Shown here in pieces: positions 1 to 14,389 of a DNA stretch of 64,000 nt. Within the stretch, counting starts at the first letter, position 1. Every line of letters begins with the position of its first letter. The translations under genes and the position numbers were made by a program. The stretch lies in the NCBI RefSeq assembly GCF_006345805.1, contig NC_043008.1, forward strand, positions 53,444,001 to 53,508,000, in the 5' to 3' direction. The notes beneath the pieces were generated by a model. That model did not search any database, was not told where the DNA came from, and saw only the letters and a list, made by a program, of their open reading frames with translations. This DNA comes from Octopus sinensis (taxonomy: Eukaryota).

Positions 1-204
1 ACGAATGTGTGTTATAGCAGAGAAAACCACAGAGATTGTGAATGCTCGAGCAGATAAAACTATTCTGTGTTATTGAGACTGAGATTGTTTATACGTCTTT
101 TACTGGTTTCGGTGATCACTCAGAAAGATACATCGTAATACGGATTATTGGGAAATCACTTTAGTTTGCTTGCAATATTTTGTTTAAATATTCTCGCACA
201 TGAT

Positions 205-590
205 TGGGAAGCACTCCGTCGGTTACGACGACGAGGGTTCCGGTTGATCCGAATCAACGGAACAGCCTGCTCGTGAAATTAACGTGTAAGTGGCTGAGCA
301 CTCCACAGACACGTGTACCCTTAACGTAGTTCTCGGGGATATTCAGCGTGACACAGAGAGTGACAAGGCCGGCCCATTGAAATACAGGTACAACAGAAAC
401 AGGAAGTAAGAGTGAGAGAAAGTTGTGGTGAAAGAGTACAGCAGGGATCACCACCATTCCCTGGAAGAGCCTCGTGGAGCTTTAGGAGTTTTTGCTCAAT
501 AAACACTCACAACGCCCGGTCTGGGAATCGAAACCGCGATCCTATGACTGCGAGTCCGCTGCCCTAACCACTGGGCCATTGCGCCTCCAC
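205..590 (-). mobile_element. tRNA-derived SINE (type A head, tail 1), full length with 12-bp TSD
   Basis: Minus strand starts GTGGAGGCGCAATGGCCCAGTGGTTAGGGCAGCGGACTCGCAGTC..GGTTTCGATTCCC, with A box TGGCCCAGTGG, B box GGTTTCGATTCC and a TCG anticodon-like loop. TSD CTCGCACATGAT at 193-204 and 591-602. Near-identical copy at 41455-41841. Confidence 0.9.
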
Positions 591-724
591 CTCGCACATG
601 ATAACAGAGAACTTACACAACAGGAAGAGTGTCAAACTAAATGTAATACGGTGTGTAGTTACGTCCCTTTAAGTTCTGTGTTGAGATTTGTCTTCCTCGT
701 ATTTGCGTGTTTCAGTCGTTAGGA

Positions 725-1085
725 CGGCGACCATGATGGGTAACGGCTTTGAAAGGTTTTTGTTGAATAGATGAACCGCCGTATTTACTTCTCTTAAGTT
801 TAATAGTTGCCAAGCCACTAAATTACAAGGGCGTAAGTAAACTAACACCGGACAAACACAGATACAAACACACACACACAAACGTACACTGGCAAATCAT
901 ACACATACGCCCATATATGCGACGGGCATCCACGCCGTTTCTGTCTACTAAATTATCTCACAAAGGCATTGATTGTCCCAGCACTAAAGCAGAACACACA
1001 TGCTCAAGGTGCTACGCAGTGGGTCTGAACCTGAAACCACTTAGTAGCAAAGTGAGCGTCTTAACCACATGACCATGCTTGCGAC
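725..1085 (-). mobile_element. Degenerate type C SINE (internal-microsatellite SINE)
   Basis: Diverged match to 31586-32027 and 40749-41138 (CAAGGTGCTACGCAGTGGGTCTGAACC..AACCAC), with an internal CA repeat. Confidence 0.6.
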
Positions 1086-1566
1086 TACACAGAATATCTA
1101 AAAAATTTTATTCTGTATGAAGGAAGAGCAGTGTATTTGACAAATACCCTGTTGGATGTCGGGCAAATGTTCAAAGTATTCTAATGTCCCAGCTTTATAA
1201 TTACATCGATAGAATGAACCGAATTATATTCCTGTAGAAATTGGCCGAGTTTCAAAGTTTAACGAATTACCATTCAAAAGAACTGTTCGGGTTAGTTTGT
1301 CACTAAAATGTTCAATTGATTTGGTTACATAAAAGAATTTCGTCAAACGAAGAACCGTTATTTCTTTTTATACGAATTACAAGACATAACCGACACAAAA
1401 TATTTGCGACACGATAAAATACGGTTGCTAAGGGATACCAAAATTAATCCCCTACACCAAAACAAATAAACAAACAAGAGGAGGTGATTATATATCCGTA
1501 TATATAGCATAGCATGTTGCACACACACACACAATATGTGCGTGTGTGTGTGTATATGTATGTGTG

Positions 1567-1624
<58 letters not shown>

Positions 1625-1625
<1 letters not shown>

Positions 1626-1935
1626 GCGAGACAGATGAGTGACAACCTGGCCACTGGTGGTGGTGTAACACACCATACTAATCATATCTGTCAGGCATGT
1701 GGAAGAGAGTGTAATTCGGCAGGAGGACTTAAACGATATGCAAAGGTATATGAAGCCCAGTTACAACTACAGCCGGCTATTACCAGTAAAGGTTTTAGTT
1801 GCCAATTCTGTACAATACATTGTAGATCTTTAGCTGGGCTAAAAAGTCACATTCGATCACAGCACCAGTAACAGTTAAGCTTCGTGCAAAGGCCATACTC
1901 GATAACGAGGGGACAGCCATCATGTATGTATGTAT
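1625..1935 (+). mobile_element. 5'-truncated RTE-like LINE 3' end embedded in (TATG)n
   Basis: ORF 1635-1871 encodes two CxxC..SxAGLKxH-type motifs (CQACGRECNSAGGLKR, CQFCTIHCRSLAGLKSHIRSQH) of the kind found at RTE ORF C-termini. A short 3' UTR and TATG tail follow, and there is a TATG array upstream. Confidence 0.6.
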
Positions 1936-3177
1936 ATGGCATTAAACTGTATCCGATTTTGAGACTTCAGTTCGAGAGTTCTGGAACTGTAGGAGCATAA
2001 GTGCCCCCTTAATTATCATTACTTCGAAGTAATTTCTGACCCTGAAAGTTACTACCAGTCAGGGTCCCTTCTACAGTTTAAATAAACTTCCTAGGAGTAG
2101 AGGAAGCTCCAGCGGGGAAGGCAGCTGTTCTAGGAGAAAGATACCCCAAAATAAAAATTGCAGTCAAAATAGTATCAGTGAATTTCTTTATTCACCATAA
2201 GGTTGAGAAAAAGAGGGGACGATACGTGGACAGACAAAACAAACATTGGGTCAGGGTATCGAATGAGATGAAACGTATGAATAAACAAACAATTAAAATA
2301 TATACAATTAAATGAGAATGAGTGATTAACAAAAAATGAAGCGGAGGACGCGGTCGACCCCACAAACCACATACTCACACTGAAGACTTTGCTTTCTCCT
2401 TTTTTACATTCTCGATTAAACAGGTTCTTTCACTCGCAACATACTTGCTATAGACTTCCATCTTTTACGAAACACACTTTGCGACAGGCATTTCTTCTCC
2501 AGCCTTATTTTCTGTTTCATGTAGAAAACGAAAAAGTCGATTAGCTCGTGACTGGAGATAAACATGCCTGTTGCAATTCCTTTCACTCTCGTCTTCCATA
2601 CTACCTCTTTCGCCACAGCAACTACCGAGAGAAAACAGGCTCTATATATACATGTATATATGGGTAGAGGATATCGAAAAAAACGTTGAACACAATGAGA
2701 AACGAAAATATAAAAACAAAAACACAGAAAGAAACTTTTTTTCGAACTACGAAAAAAACAAACAGAGAAACGAGACATACAACATAAAGAATATTCCCCT
2801 TCTTCAGTTGTCCCTGTTTCATCTACTGCATGTTTCAAAGGCAAGAACAAGACACGACTTCGTTGAAACAATCCTTCCCGCAAAGCAAATTAAATTTACA
2901 GAGAGTGAAAGTGGTTACAAGAACAGGACAGGGAGAACAAAACAGTAAAAACAAACGGTGAGGGCTGTTAAGCCGAGACGATAGAAAAAATATTTTGAAC
3001 GCGAGGACGATGAGCTTATGAAGGAAACAGTATAAGCACGTGCTTTCTTTTCGAAGGTTGTGAGCAGAAAGACAGATTATGTTTCGTCACGTGTCAGCGA
3101 CGAGAGAGTCGAGGAAGAGGAGGAGTGAGAGAGAAGAAACGGTGAAGATGAGGGGAGAAGAATAGGGAAGGGTGAGA

Positions 3178-3211
<34 letters not shown>

Positions 3212-3212
3212 T

Positions 3213-3283
<71 letters not shown>

Positions 3284-3774
3284 AAGGAGAAAAGGAAATG
3301 CTGAATATAAAGAGCCACGCTTCATACTAATACCTAGTATTGAGAGAACATTATACTTTTTGATATATTAAATTAACAACCGAAAATCTAACAAGAATTT
3401 CGTATAAAAGAATTAGTGAATATTAATGAAGATTAGCTAAATGAAAAATATATCGTTCTTTAACATGATATCGCCATTGATTTTGGTCGCAAATCGTGAA
3501 CGAAGAGGAAATATAAAATGTATTATTTATAAAGATAGGAATCATTCTTACGGAAAGACGTATTGATTAATGGAGCAGAGGCGGGAAAGTGATAAAAATA
3601 GAAATTAAAAATTTCTTAGTTAAAATGAGGTTTTAAATTATCTTATTTATTTGTGCGGTTTTTGTTTTCATTCTTCCTCACCCCTCTGAAAATATAATTC
3701 CTGTCACGAATTTCTTTACGAAAATAATTAATTCAATCTTCCAATTCGTCTTCCGTTTTTTTTTCCACATTCTA

Positions 3775-4187
3775 AATGTATGCATTTATGTATGTATGTA
3801 TGTATGTATGTATGTATGTATGTATGTATGTATGCATGCATGTATGTATGTATGTATGTATGTATGTATGTATGTATGTATGCATGCATGTATGTATGTA
3901 TGTATGTATGTATGTGTGTATGTATGTATGTATGTATGTATGTATGTATGTATGTATACGTCTGCATACACATACACACGGACAACATACAACGCGTATA
4001 TACATAATACATATATACATACATACATATATATATATATATATTATATATATATATACACTCATAAACACATGTGCATTCAAAATATATGTATTTCGTG
4101 TTCATGTATTATATATATATATCTGCATGTATGTAAATATGTATGTATGTATGTATGTAGTATGTATGTATGTATGTTGTATGTATG

Positions 4188-4241
<54 letters not shown>

Positions 4242-4270
4242 CATAATTACATGTATGCATGTATGCGTGT
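3775..4270. repeat. Compound (TATG)n/(TA)n microsatellite
   Basis: Direct reading; explains the overlapping MYVC/HTYI ORFs. Confidence 0.95.
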
Positions 4271-4980
4271 ATACATATGTACACAAATCATATAAGTGCG
4301 TAAGCAAATGGAAGACAAAAGTGTACTCAATACTGGTGTAAAGTAATACTAATTATTGGAAGGTGAAACTATGCAGCCATTACTTTGAGTGAAAGACATA
4401 ACATGAACTTGCATATGTAATAAGTATAATATAAACATTTTGGGAGTTTATAATGAGAGTATGATACGGAATGGGGGGGGATGTTTTTGGTTAAAGGTGT
4501 TAAAGGTGTTTGAAACGGGAGAAGTTATTTTAACATGGGTTGGAAGGAGAAATAAATCATACAGACGCATGGTTTAGATGTAGGTGTCAGGTAAGGAATT
4601 TGTTTCCCAAATTCGTCAAACATATATCACAAAGTATGTTTACTAGATCATGGCGAGTTTTTATTGTTTCGTATTCGTTTACCTTATATAATATGGTTTC
4701 TACTGCTTCAGTATTACTCATTATCTTCATGGTATTTCATAACTGGAAATTTTAAGACCTCTACAAACTATTTCAGCGAAAACAATATTTATAGTTACTG
4801 ACCTTGTTTTTCATTTCTTGGTAACCGAGATACAGTTGACTGCAACGATGAAAGCAATATATATTTACATATTAAATCGCAGAAGATTTATTCGAGATAT
4901 AAAAATATATTCAGAAACTGCTAGAGCTTTCTACACATAATACACCTCTCTCTTTCTCTCTCTCTCTCTCTCTTTCTCTT

Positions 4981-5012
<32 letters not shown>

Positions 5013-5517
5013 CTCTCAGACTAAGAATTGTATTTTTAGTGGTAACACAATGAACAATTGCATAAGAGACTTGCTAATGCATGGCTGTTGTATATAAAGC
5101 AAAAGCGGTTTACAATGTTGATTTTCAAAATCCCATAAAACTACTTTGTGGTCGTCACGAAAATATCTTACAATGGTTCGGTCTGTTGTGTGATAACAAC
5201 GGAGCAGGCAAATGGAAATTTGATAACCTTTATAAGAGGGTCAACATTGCGGAACACTTCCTTCTTGATTCTTTCGGGAAACACGCCATAACGTATGAAT
5301 TCCCAGTTTAATAACTGCAAGTCACTACTTCAGTTCAGCAATTAAAAAAAAAAAAAAGCCCCAAATTGTTGTATACCTTGCAAAACAACTACCGTTTTTG
5401 AAATATAAGGGAACTATATTTCACTCGGGTGAACATTCGACGCTTCCAAATAAAAGTTTGTTCATAAAGTCTTGTTGCACACAGACACAGACACACAGAC
5501 GTACACACATATCTATG

Positions 5518-5598
<81 letters not shown>

Positions 5599-6215
5599 GT
5601 GTAATACACATCCAAGAGACAAATATGTACATGTCTATTATAAATATAAGGAATAGAACTGCATAAAGGGCATGGAAACGAACAATATAGTAAGCAAACA
5701 CATATAACATACAAACACACATACAGAAAATTCACAAACGGCCACAACATAAATAATGCGACTGACAACAGCAACAACAACAACCACAATGGCAGTAACG
5801 TGGGCGAACAAACACAGAGAGATACAGGAACGGTACAAAAAATCAGAGTCAAAGGCAGCTACAGTGGCAACGGGGGGGGGACAGAGGTGAGGGAACGGTC
5901 ATAGTGCTACTAAGAACAATGACACACGCGCGCACACAGACACATACAGACACACAGGTACACACCCACACCAATACCGACATATACGTATGCGCATACA
6001 AGGATACGCATCATAGAAGAACCAAATGGACTAAGCGGAGCAGCAGCACATAGAGAGGATGTGTGACGAAGTATTTCCAGAAAATAAGAATAGTAATAAA
6101 CGAGCGAAGAACCAATATATATTGTATGTGTTTATATAAGAAAAAAATAACATAACCATCCCGAAATACGACACTGTTTCACACTAGGTACCTGGCAACA
6201 CAAATTCATAAACGT

Positions 6216-6247
<32 letters not shown>

Positions 6248-6272
6248 ACACAAACACACACATACACACACA

Positions 6273-6320
<48 letters not shown>

Positions 6321-6890
6321 GTATGTATATATATATATATATATACATATAAATATATATATGTATGATGTAATATATTTTTATGTATGTATGTATGTAT
6401 ATATGTATATATATGTAATATATATATATGTGTGTCTGTGTGTGTGTGTCTGTGTGTGTATGTGATATGTGTATGCGCAAAAACGAAATACCGGCCAAAA
6501 ACTTCAAAATTCACCAAAGATTCAATTACATTTATAGCAATCCAAATACAGGTGTATATAAATAAAGACATGATGATAGATGAAAGACGATTCCTAAATA
6601 AACAGCTTAATTACATTCTAATTAATATAATCTTTACTACACATATATTTAGGAGAGTCATTTACGACCATTAAATAAAACAATATCAGAATTATAAACA
6701 AGGTTTAGCACGCGTGTAAACAGGCTATACAGCCTGTATAAACAGATATTGTATTGTTTAAAACAATCTTGAAGAGTGAGAGAAACAATAAACACATACA
6801 TACTTGCATGTTTAGAGATATCCACGCATGTATATATGTATGTATGTAGTAAGTATATGTATATATATATAAATAATATATATATATATT

Positions 6891-6923
<33 letters not shown>

Positions 6924-7077
6924 GGTGTACATACATATATATATATATGTACACTATATATATATATAAATATATATATATATCATATATATATATTTAT
7001 ATTATTATATATATTAATATATATATATATTATATATATATATATATTATATATATTATATATATTTATATATATAT

Positions 7078-7116
<39 letters not shown>

Positions 7117-7134
7117 TATTATATATATATATAT

Positions 7135-7320
7135 ATTTAGGGAAGTTTACGAAAAAAACAAAAGACGAGACAGGTGGTGTGCAAACAAACAGATGTATTA
7201 GTATAACGCTCAGGAATAGAAAAAAGTCTTTTACGTTTCGAGCCTACGCTCTTCTACCGAAAGGGACACAGAAAAAACAAGGAAGAAAAAATGTGTGTCA
7301 TGGCTAACGATCTATAGATA
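7135..7320 (-). mobile_element. Interspersed repeat carrying a decayed minimal hammerhead (PLE-derived, family H1)
   Basis: Related to 27650-27840 and 38020-38175 (GTATTAG..ACGCTCAGGAA..GTTTCGAG..GCTCTT). Minus strand 7263-7228 reads CTTT CGGTAGA A GAGC GTAG GCTC GAAA CG T A AAAG. Confidence 0.7.
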
Positions 7321-7543
7321 TACATATATAGGAGTGATAGTGTGAAAGTCCGCACGCAAGATTCGAGGTAAGTAAGCAATATATATATATATATATATAC
7401 ATATATAAGAGTAACTATTTAATCTTTTTAAAGTTTCCTGCCCTTTGAAATTACTATTAATGGTGGCTTGGGCTTAAACTGATCTTTACATCATGGAAGG
7501 TGTCCTGTTAAGGTCACTTCCTTTGTGTATCAAATTGTACTTA

Positions 7544-7598
<55 letters not shown>

Positions 7599-7715
7599 TA
7601 TATATACATATATAATAGACATATAAGAGATAGAGATACAGAGAGAGAGAAGAGAGAGAAAGAGAGAAAGAAAGAAAGATAGAGAGAGAGAAGGGTGAGT
7701 ACGTGTGTGCATATA

Positions 7716-9296
7716 CACTGCGTTCCACATTATTAAGCAAATCAACTTTCTCTGAATAAACAAATGTATATCCGTTCAAAACAAGTTGCTTCCCCACTGA
7801 CTGTTGGCAACACCCATCTGCGCACATTCTGTTGAAACAAATTTAATCTGCTCTGACGAAAACAAACAGCGGCCATTATCGTGTAGCAGCAACATTTCTG
7901 TTGTCCCAAATTATCAGGCAGGTGCCTAATTTAAGTGTCATTATGAGTCAGAAACGTGATCTTATCTCGGATGAGAAGTCTGCCATCGTGTCAGAGCTTG
8001 GAAAATGAAAAACAACCATAGAAATATCAAAAATACAGGAAAGAGATCACCGAATAGTTAAGAAAGATATTTGTGCAGTCTCCTATTTTCTTCTGGTCGA
8101 GGGTAGATAAGTGTAAGTCGAGGGCTGCTCCGAATCGTACTTTGTCACGTATGGAAAAGGGGAGTTGTGTCGAACCATGTCTGAAATGTAGAGAAGTCTT
8201 CAAAGGTTGTGTCAGGGAAGACGTATCGAAGACTACCAGTTGTCGCCGCTTGAAGCAGTGAGACAGGAATGTTAAACCTGTTACAAGGCCCCCCTCTGAA
8301 GGCTGTTCATGAGCAGAAGAGACTGAAATGGGCAGAAAACATGAAAATAGATGTTTTAACAGCTCTGTTCACTGTCGAATGCCGTGCCACCCTTGACGGA
8401 CCAGATGACTGGAGTAAATGTTGCGTATCAATCAGCTGGAACCGTCCTCATCGTTTGAGACGCCAACAGGGAAGGTGGGGTCATGTTTGGACTGGCATCG
8501 TTGGTCGTATGATGGTCGGGCAATAGAAAGTCCCGGATGGCATTAAGATAACATTAAAAGCATAGATGTTACCTTCTTGAATGTGGTTCAAAAAGCAAAA
8601 ATCTTTCAGTCAAGAGAAAGCTCGTCTTCATGCAAGACAATCCCCCGTCTCATGCTGCGAAGAATTCTAAGGAATACCTACAGCAAATAGGCTTCTCTGG
8701 AGGTCGTTTGATGGAGTGGCCACCATGTTCCCTGACTTAAACCCGATCGAGAATCTGTGGAGAGTCCTGAAAATGCATGTTTATAAAGATGGACGATACT
8801 TTTCAAATAAAGTTGCCCTCCGGGATGCTATTGTAAATGCTGCTCAAAGCATAACACAAGAGGATATCATCACCTTGACAAATTTAATGGATCAGCGCGT
8901 AAGAAAGGTTATTTCGTGTAGAGGATCATATATCAAATATTAGGAGCTATATGACACCATAATTCCATCATTATTTTCATTCGAACGTATTATGTTTACC
9001 ATTAAGTCTCTTATGAATAATTTTTTTGTTAAACCTTTACTGTTGAATTAAATAAATGTTTGTTCTGATATAATTCTCATTTTTATTATACTTGCCTAAT
9101 AATGTGTGACACTGAAAATTTTACCCAATAAAAAAAATGGCTGCCATTTGCTGGCGTCTGTGCAGATCCAATATGCATTAACAGAATGTGGGCAGATAGG
9201 TGTTACCAACTGTCAGTGGGAAACAACTGGTTTTAAACGAACATACATTTATATATTGAGAGAAGGTTGATTTGCCTAATAATGTGGGATGCAGTG
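7716..9296 (+). mobile_element. Tc1-like DNA transposon, full length (1581 bp), IR/DR-type TIRs, TA TSD
   Basis: TA-CACTGCGTTCCACATTATT ... AATAATGTGGGATGCAGTG-TA. Diverged TIRs of ~200 bp with an internal repeat of the terminal motif (7725-7739, 7905-7920, 9093-9108, 9273-9288). Confidence 0.9.
7943..8943 (+). pseudogene. Disrupted Tc1 (DD34E-type) transposase
   Basis: MSQKRDL start; LFTVE (decayed LFTDE), FMQDNPPSH, DLNPIENLW and ..RGSYIKY motifs; multiple stops and frameshifts. Confidence 0.9.
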
Positions 9297-9361
9297 TACA
9301 CACGTACTTCGCTATATGAATGTGCAATTCAAAGTGGGTAGGTTTACTGACTTAGCTGTGC

Positions 9362-9415
<54 letters not shown>

Positions 9416-12089
9416 AGGGTAACTGCTTAAACTTTTTAACTTTTCATTCACTTTGAAATTACTCTTATTGGTGGTTTAGGCTTAAACTGCCCTTTCCATC
9501 ATGTAAGGTGTCATGTTAAGTGAGTAAATGAGTATATATAAGTGTGTAAGTGTATATGTTGATCGGTGTATGTATATATGTATGCATGTGTATATATGTG
9601 TATATGTATGCATATACAGATGTCTTAATATATTTATATATATTGTACGTGAATGTATATATATGTACATGTGAGCATATATCTCTGTGTATATAGGTAT
9701 ATATACATAGGTTTGTGTGTGGGAGGGTATATGTGAGTCTGTATGTGTGTGTATCCGATCCCTGAATAACGAAGGTCAGCTAATGAAATTCACATGTACA
9801 ACCAACCATGAAGCGATCAGGCGGTACAAAAATAGCCATCCACTAACACTCATAGCTGTCCTTCAAACGCATTCTGGCAGCAAACAACATGAATCTACCA
9901 GCTGCTACTAAATTCAAGCGAAGACCAACGGACGGGATGGCCTTGAAGTCGAAGATTTTAAACTAACGGAAACAACACTAGAATATCACCGGAGGAAACA
10001 CAACTAGATCTCATTATGCAAACAAACACTTGCATAATCGGATACTTGTATTTTTGGAGAACTACATTGTGGAAACGATTGTAGTGATTGAAAAATAACT
10101 GTCCAACCGTACTCCTTCATGTTGACTCCAATTTCTTCAATTTTATATTCACACACGACGAATACCCAAACATTAACTTGGAAGTATATAACAATGTTAC
10201 CGGATAGTATTGGGTAATTCTGAGGGTGGACGAACTTATACTGTACTCTGTCAAGGCATGACTCGAGAATATAACGCAACTTTACAATTTAATGCCTGGA
10301 AGCACATTTAAAAATAATATATAGTCTGTGTTACATCTTAGATAAACTATTGCAGGACGTGTCTTATGTGAATCACAAAAGTCATTATACATATTAAGGA
10401 AAAATACATTGATAAATAGAAGAAATGAAGTCATGTCACGTTGCAGACAAAAATAAATTCCTGGTTAAAGAAAAGAAAAAAAGATTGTAACTGATGACTA
10501 AGAGCAGTGAAAATAGTATTGAATGCACACAGTGCCAATATCTCCTCTCACACACACCAACACATACGCAAAATTAACCAATGAATGAAATTTCAGGAAA
10601 AATCGGCAATTTAGTGACTACAAGTATAAAATACAAACGCTATACAGTGCATAGGAAAAATCATATTTTAGGGACATTAGATAATAATATATGATAATTT
10701 TTTGAGAAACTGGATACTATGATGTAATCGAGTGCCAGATAAATTATGATTACTGAATTGACCAACGAAAAGAGATAAACGACTAAGCCGCATTAGTAAA
10801 ACAGGATATGATGACGTAATCGATAGAAAGATACAATGCAAATGCCGCGCTGGCCAATAAAGTTATAAATAAAATGTTTCTAATACAGGATGTGATTTAG
10901 AAAATCATATATGATTCTACATTAAGTGGAGGTGCGACAAGTACTGAAATGGTTAAAGAAAACTAATATTTTTCTGATAAGAATAATTTAGACAAAGAGA
11001 TTTAAGAAGAGAAAACCACAGCAACCAAGAAATTAGCTAATGGCAATAATAACGTACATAACGATAAAAAATATTATCTGAAATAAAACGTAAATGGAAG
11101 TCTGATGTAATAGCGAAGCCAACGAAGACAAACAGCAGCAAAAACAAAAAACAAAAAAAACGCTTTAATGAAGTAAAATTTTGAAATTGGCCAATGGGAA
11201 CTGATATACAAAAGAATGGATCTTCTGCGGTGGAGATAAAATCAGCCCGATATAAAGGAAACAAACAGATAAACAGTACACGTGATTAAGTTTATGACTA
11301 TCACCTTGAAACCCGCGTAGCTAGGTACAGCGTTCTGTTTAAATAAAACGCACACACCTACAGACACACGCACGCACACATACACACACACAAACACACA
11401 CATACACACTAACACAAACACACAGACAGAAACACACATACACTGACACACACACACGCATACACACATCCTTACACACACACACACACACACACACACC
11501 ACACACACGCACATTGCCTTTCATCCTTTTCGGGGTCAATAATATAAGTATCAGTTGAGTACTGGGCTCAATTTAACCAACTTAGCCCCTCACTAAATTG
11601 CTGGCCTTGTGCTAAAATTTGATACCAACGTTTCAGATTCACTCTGACTTTACTCTGTAGAGACGAAGTGGATTTAAAGATGAAGCATAGAATTAATTCT
11701 TCTGCCAATAGAAAGATTCAAAGACGCCTAGAATATTATTTGATAAAGTATTAAGAAAACTGCTTTATTTTCTCTTTCTCTGCTTTTCATTCTTCTTTTT
11801 CTTTTCTTTCTTTTTTTTTTTTGCTAATAATGATGGAAAATAGAATTTTGCGATGAATATAATTAAGGAAAAAGAAAAATATCTAAGTTTTTGTAGGTAA
11901 ACACAAATTAAGGAAAATTGACAATAAATAAATGGAAATGGAAAGAAAGAACAAAATCAAAATAGAAGGAATTCTAAAAATGAAAAAAGCGATCATTAGG
12001 ATGGGTGTTTGTTTTTGCTTTTAATCTTTACTAATCTTTTTTGCCGGATTAGTGAAGGAAAGTAAATAGAGGGAGAAATGTCTAGTTTT

Positions 12090-12951
12090 ATTAATGATGG
12101 TGATGATGTTGACAACTGAGACATTGATCGGTGTTTGTGATGATGATGATGAGGGCGATGATGAAGAGGATGTGGAAGAGGAGGATGAAGAAGAAAATGA
12201 GGAGGGTAAAAGGATGATAATGAAGATGGTGATGCTGATAATTAAAATGATGATAATGATGTTGATGTTGTAGTTGTTGCTGTTGGTGGTGTTGGTGATG
12301 GTGATGATGATATGATAATGTTGCTGCTGATGAAGATGATGATGATGTTGATGATAATGATGATGATACTTATGTGGAAACTAATCGTAATAATGATTTT
12401 GATGTTGATGACTTTAATGAGGATGGTTCTGATTACGATGGTGAAGATGATGACGGTGATGATGATGAAGAAGGTGATGATGATGATGATGATGATGGTA
12501 ATAATGATGGCGAGGTAGGGAAGGAGGGGTTAAGGAGGGGAAAGTGGTTGTAGAGGAGGAGGAAGAGCAGGATTCTGGTGCAGCAGCTAATGATGACGAT
12601 GATGATGATGATGATAAGGAGGAGGAGGAGGAACAGGATAATGATTATAATGAAGACAAAGTCAGCGGCAACAAGGAGGACAACCACGACAATGATGATG
12701 ATGATGGTGATGATGATGATGATGATGATGAAGATCCTAATTATGAAATTGGCAATACTCGTAAACAGAATAATGATAATTATATCCGTCTGAAGATGAT
12801 GATGATGATGATGATGATGATATTAGTGATGATGCTGACTTTTGTTGTCATTCCAAATGTCTTTATGATCTCCCACTAGAAGAAGGACTTTATAAGAAAT
12901 ATAATAATAATAATAATAATATAATAATAATAATAATAATATATAATAATA

Positions 12952-12982
<31 letters not shown>

Positions 12983-13042
12983 TAATGATAATAATAATAA
13001 TAACAATAATAATATAATCATAATAATAACAATAACAATAAC

Positions 13043-13076
<34 letters not shown>

Positions 13077-13500
13077 TAATAATAACAATAATATAATAAA
13101 ACAATAGTAACAATAATAATATTAATAATAACAATAAAATAATAATATATAATGACAATGATAACAATAATAATAATAACTAATAATAATATAATAAATA
13201 ACAACACTAATAATAAAATAATCTTAATAATAATAATAATAATAATAACAATAACAATAATAATAATAACAATAATAATATAACAACAACAATAATAATA
13301 ATATAACAACAAATACTAATAATAATAACAACAACAACAACAACCAATAAATAATAATAACAATAATAATAATAACATTATAATTACTATAATAATAATA
13401 ATAATAAAATAATAATAATAACAATAATAATAATAACAATAGTAACAATAATAATAATAACAATAATTAAAGAAAGAACCAAGGAAAGAAAGAAAGAAAG
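12090..13500. repeat. Degenerate (GAT)n tract followed by (AAT/AAC)n tract
   Basis: Direct reading; poly-D/E/M and poly-I/L/Y ORFs are by-products. Confidence 0.9.
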
Positions 13501-13952
13501 AGAAATACAAAAACGCCACCGGCACCATTTTCTCATATTGCTGGAATGGCGAAACATGTAGAAGGAAAACTCAATTTATAAACTACACAGAATCTTGCAG
13601 TTTTAACTTTGTGCAAAGTTTGCCTGAGGGCCAGAAGCAGAGTAGAAGACCGCCGTTGCAGTTGTTTGCTGAATTTCAATAAAGTTGAATGTCTTGTCGC
13701 TGTCAGGTCATGGAAGTTATACGACTTTGGTAGCTTCCGAAATTTTACTTCTCTAAGGGTTTAATCATTTACCGGAAGCTGTCAAAAGTGTGACCTTTAA
13801 GGGCAGCGGCTTCGATTTCCGTTAGGCTAATATTTGATTTATGTTTTGTTGCTTTCTCTTCGGTTGGTAAACCGAGATCAATGCAAACCGAATAAATTCG
13901 AATTAAGTAATTGATCTTTATACTTTAACTCATTTTGGGTCATTCTGTTGCT

Positions 13953-14118
13953 TTCTTCTTCTTCTTCTTCTTCTTCTTCTTCTTCTTCTTCTTCTTCTTC
14001 TTCTTCTTCTTCTTCTTCTCCTCCTTCTCCTCCTCCTCCTCCTCCTCCTTCTTCTTCTTCTTCTTCTTCTTCTTCTTTTTCTTCTTCTTCTTCTTCTTCT
14101 TCTTCTTCTTCTTCTTCC
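13953..14118. repeat. (TTC)n/(TCC)n microsatellite
   Basis: Direct reading. Confidence 0.95.
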
Positions 14119-14389
14119 AATCAGTACTAACGCCATTAGCCACAAAAGAATAATCTCTAATTCGAGCCTACTCTAAGCTACTAAGAATGCGTGTGGCAAC
14201 TTGAAGATCTACCCAACACACGCGATAGACTGGCGATTGCACGGGCGCGAAAGCTAAGTTGTTATCCTCATTCTGTAGACGGTGCTGAACCATCCTGGGG
14301 TACAGAAGATTCGCAATCTAAACTAGGGTCTGAAAGTTTACCACACCATAGTGGGTTACACCATGGTACCTCTGTTTTGTGGTAGAAGT

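Noticed and set aside
2800-2900. CTGAAGA and GAAAC motifs on the minus strand
   Set aside because: Order and stems do not assemble into a hammerhead.
12544-12879. Acidic poly-D/E ORF
   Set aside because: Lies within a degenerate (GAT)n tract; no splice or domain evidence.
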